Origin: Candidatus Bipolaricaulia bacterium | GTDB lineage: Bacteria; Bipolaricaulota; Bipolaricaulia; JBHIAT01 | Length of the DNA stretch: 23,170 bases | NCBI GenBank assembly: GCA_046758705.1 | Contig: JBHIAT010000042.1 | Location: 1 to 23,170 of the forward strand | Direction of reading: 5' to 3' | Shown here: piece after piece, positions 16,680 through 23,170 of the stretch | Position numbering within the stretch: the first letter of the stretch is position 1 | Layout of the letters: the number at the start of each line of letters is the position of its first letter | Position numbers and translations under genes: made by a program | Notes under the pieces: generated by a model | The model's database searches: none | What the model was told of the DNA's origin: nothing | The model's input: the letters and a program-made list of their open reading frames with translations, nothing else

Positions 16680-16941
16680 TGATCACAGATCTTTGACAAC
16701 GTATGGGGTTGTTGCCGCAACCCTGAGCAACGTAAAACGTTGTGGGTATAGCCAGGTGCATTTTGCCAGCGTTTTGCTGTTCAGCGAAACAGAAGCTAAC
16801 AGCCGCGAAGCCTGGCCTAAAGAAACTAAAACGTTGTGTGTGAACTGGCCGGGCGCGGCCAGCGTGGAGGCGTGAACCGCTGCGAGAGCAAGTTCCGCCT
16901 GTGAAACGAGAAGCCCCGTACTTTAGTGCGGGGAGCGTCAC
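16621..16941 (+). mobile_element. Non-autonomous IS200/IS605-family mini-element (PATE-like), no tnpA or tnpB
   Basis: Left hairpin CACCGGAC-TTCA-GTCCGCGTG (16633-16653) preceded by AATA, with target TTAT at 16617-16620 (or 16620-16623). Right end GAAG-CCCCGTAC-TTTA-GTGCGGGG-AGCG-TCAC (16910-16941). No target duplication, as expected for Y1/HUH elements. Confidence 0.85.
16652..16700 (+). promoter_or_regulatory. Internal sigma70 promoter and boxA-like motif of the mini-element
   Basis: TGGACT (16652-16657), 17 bp, TATAAT (16675-16680) with extended TG; GATCTTTGACAAC at 16688-16700. Confidence 0.7.
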
Positions 16942-16961
16942 TTAGAAGGCGAGTTCAGGGA
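16687..16961 (+). ncRNA. Candidate stand-alone TnpB omegaRNA (reRNA)-like structured RNA with flank-derived guide
   Basis: Several stems (16706-16723, 16728-16742, 16751-16756/16811-16816, 16845-16862, 16869-16899). The 3' part CGTGGAG…GTGAAACGAGAAGCCCC…TCAC resembles tnpB right ends. The guide would start at 16942. Confidence 0.6.
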
Positions 16962-16974
16962 AGTTGAAAACTAG

Positions 16975-17736
16975 TCATCTATGAAAACCCCCTCTGGAGC
17001 ACCCTAAAAGCAGAGGTCCAGCGCCCAGTTCCTGGTTTAGCAAGGTGTGAAACCGCTCATAGGTCCGGATCGCCTGGTCTGGGTCACCGTTTAGATAATG
17101 GTAAAGCATCAATTGTCGGTAAGTCGGCTCGCGATAGGGCTCGATCTCTAGGATCTGACTGCAGCGGGCGATCGCTCTTCGATATTGACCCAGGCGAGCG
17201 TGACATTCGGCCAGTCGGGACAAGGTATCGAGATAGATCCCCTGCCATCGTTCCGTATGCGGGATGGCCCAGTCCTCGTAGCGATCCTCGGCGAGAAACT
17301 CCCCCTGATACAGAGTTACTGCCTGCTGATATGCCTGAATAGCCTGTTCAAATTGGGTTTGGGATTCCAACTGCCTGGCTTGCTGCAGGTGTCCTTTGAA
17401 GATCTCGGAGTCGATGACGCAGTCGGCTTGGGCGTTGAAGCGATAGCCGGAGGGGTGGGTGAGGATATAGTGAGACCGTGTACCTCGTTTAAGCTCAGGC
17501 TCCAGGATGCGGCGCACGCGACTGACCAGAGGTCGGAGGTTTTTCTGGGCTTTGTCGGGATCGGTATCGGGCCAGAGCCAATCGATGAGCTGATCGTGGG
17601 TGAAGGTGCGCCCGGGATCGGTGAGCAGGATTTTGAAAAAGGCTTGGGGTTTGTAACCTCTCCAATCTTCTGGTAAGATCAGCTCTCCATCGCGCCAGAG
17701 TTGGAACGGTCCAAAGAGTTGAACCCGTAAACCCAT
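16975..17736 (-). pseudogene. Second SARP-family regulator (wHTH + BTAD), truncated within the end of BTAD
   Basis: 'LRVQLFGPF', 'KILLTDPGRTFTHDQLIDWLWP', 'LYQGEFLAEDRYEDW', 'EPYREPTYRQLM'. Clearly paralogous to 14..2356 but diverges after 'ELGAGP', where the paralog continues 'ELDVEPAPETRELYRQI'. It could still be a functional short SARP. Confidence 0.7.
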
Positions 17737-17769
17737 GATCGGCCCCCGGCATCGCGATCGCGCTGACTC

Positions 17770-17799
17770 AATATATCTCGGGATAGTGATTTGTGTCAA
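17770..17799 (-). promoter_or_regulatory. sigma70-type promoter of the second SARP gene
   Basis: TTGACA (17799-17794), 18 bp, TATATT (17775-17770). Confidence 0.6.
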
Positions 17800-18012
17800 A
17801 CGGTATGATGGGTAAGAAGGTTAAACCTTGCGTGAGTTCAATTGGGCTGACTTCACCAACCGATAGTTTCTAGTGCCCGTGTGACTCGATTCGAACTATC
17901 CGATCGAGGTATACTTGTAAGTGAGGGTCAATCAGGCTGGAAACGCATCTATTGTGATCAAGCTGTTTTCCATCCATCGTTGACCTCACTGGTAAAGGAA
18001 GGGAGAGAGAAG

Positions 18013-18243
18013 ATGAGCACCACAGTGGAGATAGAGGCTTACTTTGACACGGAATCCGACCTTTGGTGCGCTCACGGTGTCACGGAGGATATTTTCACTC
18101 AGGGCGAGACTTTAGATGAGTTAGTGGCCAACATCAAGGAGGCCGTGACGCTTCACATGGAAGGACAACTGCCCCAGGATGAAACGCTGAAGATCTCGAT
18201 CAAAGTTGAGGTCGGCGATGTCCCCCAAGTTACCGCAGGTTAG
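18013..18243 (+). CDS. hicB: HicB-like antitoxin (short form, no DNA-binding domain)
   Basis: 'IFTQGETLDELVANIKEAVTLHME' HicB signature; purine-rich SD before ATG 18013. Confidence 0.8.
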   Translation: MSTTVEIEAYFDTESDLWCAHGVTEDIFTQGETLDELVANIKEAVTLHMEGQLPQDETLKISIKVEVGDVPQVTAG

Positions 18244-18253
18244 CGGGCAGGAT
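18218..18253 (+). pseudogene. hicA: N-terminal stub of a HicA toxin (MSPKLPQVSGQD)
   Basis: ATG 18218 overlaps the hicB end; the 'PKLPxVSG' start is typical of HicA. The frame then loses similarity and stops at 18331 without the GSH catalytic motif. Confidence 0.65.
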
Positions 18254-18368
18254 CATGTAGTCGGGATTTCTTGTGCATTGGGCAACATCTCCTTTCTCCT
18301 TATGATGCCTCTCTTCGAGGAGACTCCCTAGTCAAGCGCTGATCCAGGAACTGTGAGGTGTCTTGTCT

Positions 18369-19331
18369 ATGACGCATAATACCATAAAAAAGATTTTGGT
18401 CACCGGTGCGTGCGGTCAAATAGGCTCCGAACTGGTGGACGCGCTGAGAAAAAAATATGACACTGCCTGTGTAATCGCCACCGACATCATAGAACCTACC
18501 GAAAACATGCTTAAACAAGGTCCTTTTGAATTGGTTGACGTCCTCAATCAGAGCACTTTAGAAGTGGTCATTGAGCAATATGATATCGATGTCATCTATC
18601 ATTTGGGAGCGATTCTCTCTGCTAGCGGTGAGGAAAATCCGCAAGCTTGCTTTCACGTAAACGTCTTAGGGCTATATCATGTCCTCGAAGCCGGACTAAA
18701 ACATGGACTCATCCGAATTATATTTCCCAGCTCCATAGCCGTTTTTGGACCTAAAGCTCCCCCCGATCACACCCCCAATGAGACCATCCTCCGCCCCATC
18801 ACCATCTATGGGGTGACCAAAGTGACCGGAGAACTACTGGGAAACTATTACTTCAACAGGTTTGGATTGGATGTTCGCGGAGTCAGATTACCGGGCATCA
18901 TCAGCAGCAAGACTCCGCCCGGCGGTGGAACGACGGACTATGCGGTGGAGATGTTCTATGCGGCAATAAAAACCGGGCACTATACATGCTTTGTAAAAGA
19001 AGACACAGTCCTTCCATTTATGTATATACCCGATGCCATCAACGCCCTCATCGGTGTGGCCGAAGCGGATCTCTCAAACCTGAAACACCATTGTGACTAT
19101 AACGTCAACTCGATGAGCTTTTCAGCCGGTGAGCTGGCTCAATCAATCCAAGAAATCATACCTGAATTTAGCTGCGAATTTAAGCCCGATCACCGGCAGG
19201 AAATCGCCGATTCCTGGCCTAATTCGATAGACGATAGCGCCGCTCGAGAGGAGTGGGGATGGCAACCGGAGTATGACCTCCCAGCCATGGCTAAAGATAT
19301 GATCGCAAAGCTCAAAAAGAAGCTCACATAA
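18369..19331 (+). CDS. tdh: L-threonine 3-dehydrogenase, extended-SDR/epimerase type
   Basis: 'LVTGACGQIGSEL', 'PSSIAVFG', YGVTK, 'PGGGTTDYAV', 'RQEIADSWP'; adjacent to kbl. Confidence 0.88.
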   Translation: MTHNTIKKILVTGACGQIGSELVDALRKKYDTACVIATDIIEPTENMLKQGPFELVDVLNQSTLEVVIEQYDIDVIYHLGAILSASGEENPQACFHVNVLGLYHVLEAGLKHGLIRIIFPSSIAVFGPKAPPDHTPNETILRPITIYGVTKVTGELLGNYYFNRFGLDVRGVRLPGIISSKTPPGGGTTDYAVEMFYAAIKTGHYTCFVKEDTVLPFMYIPDAINALIGVAEADLSNLKHHCDYNVNSMSFSAGELAQSIQEIIPEFSCEFKPDHRQEIADSWPNSIDDSAAREEWGWQPEYDLPAMAKDMIAKLKKKLT

Positions 19332-19423
19332 GGGAAGCTCATACTAGAGTTGTGAATCAACACCATCATCGGTATGCTAAAATAAGTTCTCAAGCAGCAA
19401 AGAAGTGGGAAGGGGTGAAATTT

Positions 19424-20671
19424 ATGCCACTGGAGAAGATGGAATCCGTGGCATCTAAAGCGTTAGAAGCTCTGGCTAAAGAGGGAACCCTTAAAGGGGA
19501 AGAATGGGTGATCACGGAGATCCAGGAACCGACGGATCAAAAAGGTCCTCGCTATATCATTGAGGGTCAAGAAGGCCAGGAATTTTTGCGAATGAATTCC
19601 AACTCCTATTTGGGGATGTCTTTGAAGGAGGAATTGATCAAAGCAGAGGAGGAGACCGCCGAGAGGTTTGGAACCGGACCGGGAGCGGTGCGGTTTATTC
19701 ACGGCACCTACAAACCTCACGTCGCATTGGAAGAGAAGCTGGCGGACTTCCACGACAAAGAGACGGCCATGATATTCAGCTCCGCTTATTCGACCAACTG
19801 CGGTATATTGGCTCCGTTGATCTCCCAAGACACGGTGGTGATGAGCGACCAACTCAACCACAATAGCATCATCATGGCCATCCGATTGGCCAGACCCCAG
19901 GACAAGGAGATATACCAGCACCTGGACATGGAGGATTTGGGGTCAAAGATCAAAAAGTGGGTAGGAAAGTGCAAAAGAATCATGATCGCCACCGACGGCG
20001 TATTCAGCATGAGGGGAGATTATCCCGACCTCGCCCAGCTGGTGGCGCTCTCCCAGAAATACGATTCCGAGTTTGAAGAGGGGATATTTACGGTGGTGGA
20101 TGACTCCCACGGTATCGGTGCCTTCGGCAAAACCGGAAGGGGAACTCCCGAAGTCACCGGAGGGGAAGCGGTGGACATCATCACCTCAACCATGGGCAAA
20201 GCCCTGGGAGTCAACGGCGGGTATGTGGTCACCCAGGCCAAAATCATAGAATACCTGCGGGAAACCTCCCCTTTCTACGTATATTCCAATCCCATCACCC
20301 CCTCCGAAGCCAGTGCCGCGTTACAGGCTTTGGAGATCTTGGATAGCGATCGGGGACGGAGCATGCTGGACGCCTTAAGAGAGAAGACCCGTTACTTCAA
20401 AAGTGGCTTGGTGGATTTGGGATATGAAACAATAAAGGGAGAGCATCCCATCGTGCCGGTCATAATTAGAGATACTCAGAAAACGGAGAAACTGGTCAAC
20501 TACCTCAAAGAACGGGGTGTCTTGGTGGCGGGTTTGAAATTCCCGGTGGTGCCCAGGGGTGATGAGTCGATCAGGATTCAAATCTCTGCGGATCATACAA
20601 AACAGGATCTTGACTATGTGCTTGGAGTTTTGAAGAATTATATTACAGTAACTAGATTGGAGGATGGATGA
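19424..20671 (+). CDS. kbl: 2-amino-3-ketobutyrate CoA ligase (glycine C-acetyltransferase), class II PLP enzyme
   Basis: 'NSNSYLG', 'AVRFIHGT', 'SDQLNHNSII', 'TDGVFSMRGD', 'VDDSHG', 'STMGKALG', 'PVVPRG..IRIQISA'. Confidence 0.85.
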   Translation: MPLEKMESVASKALEALAKEGTLKGEEWVITEIQEPTDQKGPRYIIEGQEGQEFLRMNSNSYLGMSLKEELIKAEEETAERFGTGPGAVRFIHGTYKPHVALEEKLADFHDKETAMIFSSAYSTNCGILAPLISQDTVVMSDQLNHNSIIMAIRLARPQDKEIYQHLDMEDLGSKIKKWVGKCKRIMIATDGVFSMRGDYPDLAQLVALSQKYDSEFEEGIFTVVDDSHGIGAFGKTGRGTPEVTGGEAVDIITSTMGKALGVNGGYVVTQAKIIEYLRETSPFYVYSNPITPSEASAALQALEILDSDRGRSMLDALREKTRYFKSGLVDLGYETIKGEHPIVPVIIRDTQKTEKLVNYLKERGVLVAGLKFPVVPRGDESIRIQISADHTKQDLDYVLGVLKNYITVTRLEDG

Positions 20672-21741
20672 TCGCCAAGTCGAAACCGATCCAGGTCGGT
20701 GTGATCGGAAGCGGCACCATCGCCCGCTCCCACGTGAACGCCTATCAGGAGAGTGGCCGAGCGCAGGTCCTGGGCGTAGTCGATGTTGACGAAGCACGGG
20801 CGGAGGCGCTCGCCGAAGCGTTTGGGGTTCCCCATGCGTTTCGCGATTATCATGAGCTTTTGAAGCTCGACGAAGTGGAAGCGGTCAGCATCTGTACCCC
20901 GAACGACCTCCATGCGCCGATGACGATCGATACGTTGAGGTCGGGGAAGCATGTCCTGTGCGAGAAACCTATGGCGATCAACGTTGAAGCGGCAACCCAA
21001 ATGGAACAAGCGGCCGAAACGTACCGCCGGGTGTTGATGATCGCCTTTTTCAACCGATTTCGTGATGACAGTCACGCCCTCAAGTGGATGATCCAAGCTG
21101 GCGCTCTGGGAGAGATCTATCATGTCGCCATTTCGATGATTCGAAGGCGGGGGATACCGTCGCTGGGCTCCTGGTTTACCCGCAAGGAGAGATCCGGGGG
21201 GGGCACACTCATCGATTCCGGATGCCACGTTCTGGACTTAGCCCTGTGGCTGATGGGTTTTCCACAACCAGAGACCGTCTCTGCTTGTACGTACGCCAAA
21301 TTCGGGAATCGGGACGACTACCTCTATCTGCACATGTGGGGAGGAGCTCCCCAAGACACGCCGAAATTTGATGTGGAGGATTACGCGACCGCGTTCGTCC
21401 GATTTGCGGGTGGCGCGAGCATGGCGATCGAATGCAGTTGGGCAGCTAACGCCAAAGATTCGTTCTACATCGACCTGTTGGGAACCCGGGGAGGAGCTCG
21501 GTTAGACCATGATCAAGATTTGGAGATTTATACCGAGCACCATGGACATCTGGCCGACCTGAAACCACTCTATAAGAAGACAGACCCGTTCCTGGAGGAG
21601 ATCGACCACTTCCTCGACCGGATTACCGGGGTCGAAGCAGAGCCCCTGTGCACCCCGGAGGAGGGGGTGGTTGTCCAGCAAATCATCGAGGCGGTCTATA
21701 CCTCGGCCGACCGCGGGCGGGAGGTGGAAGTCAAAACATGA
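20668..21741 (+). CDS. Gfo/Idh/MocA family oxidoreductase, paralog of 9769..10836
   Basis: 'GVIGSGTIA', 'HVLCEKPM', 'RRRGIP', 'GGGTLIDSGCH', 'FDVEDYA'. Confidence 0.92.
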   Translation: MIAKSKPIQVGVIGSGTIARSHVNAYQESGRAQVLGVVDVDEARAEALAEAFGVPHAFRDYHELLKLDEVEAVSICTPNDLHAPMTIDTLRSGKHVLCEKPMAINVEAATQMEQAAETYRRVLMIAFFNRFRDDSHALKWMIQAGALGEIYHVAISMIRRRGIPSLGSWFTRKERSGGGTLIDSGCHVLDLALWLMGFPQPETVSACTYAKFGNRDDYLYLHMWGGAPQDTPKFDVEDYATAFVRFAGGASMAIECSWAANAKDSFYIDLLGTRGGARLDHDQDLEIYTEHHGHLADLKPLYKKTDPFLEEIDHFLDRITGVEAEPLCTPEEGVVVQQIIEAVYTSADRGREVEVKT

Positions 21742-21784
21742 ACGCTCGGATCCAAAGATGCGAAACAAGATGGACAGGGGGTGG

Positions 21785-23062
21785 ATGATGTTCAGGCGGT
21801 TTATCCTGCTGTTGGGAGCGTTGGTGATCGTTGCGGTATTGGTGTTCACGTCCCCGACCGCTGCTGTGGCACAAGTGGCACAATCGGATCAACTGATCAT
21901 CTACAGTTGGTGGACGGCTGGTGAGGAACGCGAGGCGCTCGAGGCGCTCTTTGATCTGTACAAGCAGGAATATCCGGACGTCCGGATCGTCGACAACCCC
22001 GTTCTGGGCGGCTCCGGTGTGGAAACGAAGTCGGTGATGAAGGCCCTGATACTCGCCGGAAACCCGCCAACGACCTTTCAGGTGCATCCCGGCGGAGAGC
22101 TAGGGTTCACCTACGTCCAGAACAACCTGATCGCGCCCCTGACCGACCTATGGGTTCAGGAAGGGTGGTCTGAAGTCTACCCCGAGGCGATTCAAGAGTT
22201 GGTCCAGTTCAACGATGACTTTTACGCCGTCCCGGTCAATATCCATCGTGCCAACCTTGTTTGGTACAACAAGCGGATCTTCGATCAGCTCGACCTCAGC
22301 CCCCCAGAGACGATCGATGAGTTCTTCACGGTGATGGACAGGCTTCAGGAGGCCGGAATCATCCCGTTGTCGATGGCATCCCGATCCAAGTGGCCAGCCG
22401 CTCACGCGTTCGAGGTGGTGCTGCTGGGCGTCGGTGGGCCAGAGTTCTATCTGGATTACTTCAAAGGGGAGGCCTCCGCACTCGATCCGAAGTTCATCAT
22501 CGCGCTTGAGACGTTCCGGCGGATGCTCCGCTTCATCAACCCGGATCATGCCATGCTGACCTCGGGTCAGGCCGCTAGCTTAGTCAGACAAGGCAAAACA
22601 GCGATGATCATCATGGGTGACTGGATCAAGGGGCACTTCGATGCAACCGACTGGGTCGCCGGCATCGATTACGACATGTTCCCGTTCCCCGGGACAGATA
22701 GAGTCTTCGACCTGGTTACTGACGCGTTCGCCATGCCGAAGGGCGCACCGGGATGGGAACTCGGCCTCGAATGGCTGAAGCTTCTCGGCTCGATCGAAGG
22801 TCAGGTCGCGTTCAACCGGATCAAGGGCTCGATCCCGGCCCGCACCGATGTGCCTCTCGATCCGTTTGACGTCATCGCCCAGCGCAACATCGAGGACCTG
22901 CGCATGACCACCCTGGTGCCCAGTGCCGTCCATGGTAGCGCCGCTCCGGACGCGTTCATGAGCGACTGGAACGATGTGATCATCATCTTTCTCTATAACC
23001 AAGACATTGACCTGATCGTCCGGCAACTCGAGAGCATCGCCAAAGACCACGGACTGAGGTAA
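21785..23062 (+). CDS. ABC transporter sugar-binding protein (CUT1, glucose/mannose-binding-like)
   Basis: Sec signal peptide; 'YSWWTAG.E..AL', 'GNPPTTFQVH', 'VPVNIHRAN.VWYN', 'IMGDW', 'FNRIKGSIPARTD'. Confidence 0.88.
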   Translation: MMFRRFILLLGALVIVAVLVFTSPTAAVAQVAQSDQLIIYSWWTAGEEREALEALFDLYKQEYPDVRIVDNPVLGGSGVETKSVMKALILAGNPPTTFQVHPGGELGFTYVQNNLIAPLTDLWVQEGWSEVYPEAIQELVQFNDDFYAVPVNIHRANLVWYNKRIFDQLDLSPPETIDEFFTVMDRLQEAGIIPLSMASRSKWPAAHAFEVVLLGVGGPEFYLDYFKGEASALDPKFIIALETFRRMLRFINPDHAMLTSGQAASLVRQGKTAMIIMGDWIKGHFDATDWVAGIDYDMFPFPGTDRVFDLVTDAFAMPKGAPGWELGLEWLKLLGSIEGQVAFNRIKGSIPARTDVPLDPFDVIAQRNIEDLRMTTLVPSAVHGSAAPDAFMSDWNDVIIIFLYNQDIDLIVRQLESIAKDHGLR

Positions 23063-23078
23063 AGAGGAGATAACCGTC

Positions 23079-23170
23079 ATGGGCAGAGAGCGAGAGCGGG
23101 TGGTGGTGACCGGGCTGGGTGTGGTCACCTCCATCGGGACGGGGAAAGAAGCGTTCTGGGATGGGTTGAA
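23079..23170 (+). CDS. Beta-ketoacyl-ACP synthase (FabF-like), runs off the window
   Basis: GAGGAG SD; MGRERERVVVTGLGVVTSIGTGKEAFWDGL. Confidence 0.8.
   Translation, partial: MGRERERVVVTGLGVVTSIGTGKEAFWDGL

Noticed and set aside
16489-16941. ORFs 16489..16875 (+) and 16642..16941 (-) as tnpA/tnpB remnants
   Set aside because: No HUH/Tyr, RuvC or zinc-finger motifs; they cross element boundaries and promoter sequence.
16621-16941. HEARO/IscB RNA, group I IStron or hammerhead ribozyme
   Set aside because: The structured RNA ends in a tnpB-type right end with no ORF after it, and no group I or CUGAUGA/GAAA core was recognisable by eye. A covariance search would be needed to exclude these fully.
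17737-17799. TTG start extending the second SARP gene (likewise track starts 6798, 6814, 8441, 17881, 19352, 21671)
   Set aside because: These extensions overlap promoter boxes, intergenic DNA or upstream genes, and downstream ATGs have better SD sites and match family N-termini.

Overview
Bacterial window, mostly high-GC, that reads as a mosaic of intact metabolic operons and scarred accessory DNA. From left to right: (1) an AfsR/SARP-type regulator (wHTH-BTAD-ATPase-TPR, apparently cut short at its 3' end) faces an unannotated 36-aa signal-peptide-like ORF. (2) A nucleoside/purine-type ABC transporter is transcribed divergently from a Tat-exported BMP binding protein through one palindromic double promoter. 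(3) A class I aminotransferase, two Gfo/Idh/MocA oxidoreductases and a fucose-isomerase-like gene follow. (4) An AT-richer island (~14.1-16.97 kb) carries small cargo genes separated by repeated copies of a gene 3' end encoding a 'WWxxxF' amphipathic tail (core CCTGGTGGA), which resembles a cassette array. (5) Inside the last cargo gene sits a ~320-nt ORF-less IS200/IS605 mini-element with its own promoter, a boxA-like motif and an omegaRNA-like structured RNA. (6) The rest is a truncated second SARP gene, hicB with a scarred hicA, tdh-kbl, a third Gfo/Idh/MocA, an orphan sugar-binding protein and the start of a fabF-like gene. No rRNA, tRNA, CRISPR array, integrase or transposase ORF was seen. 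All family calls come from motif recognition by eye, without database searches.
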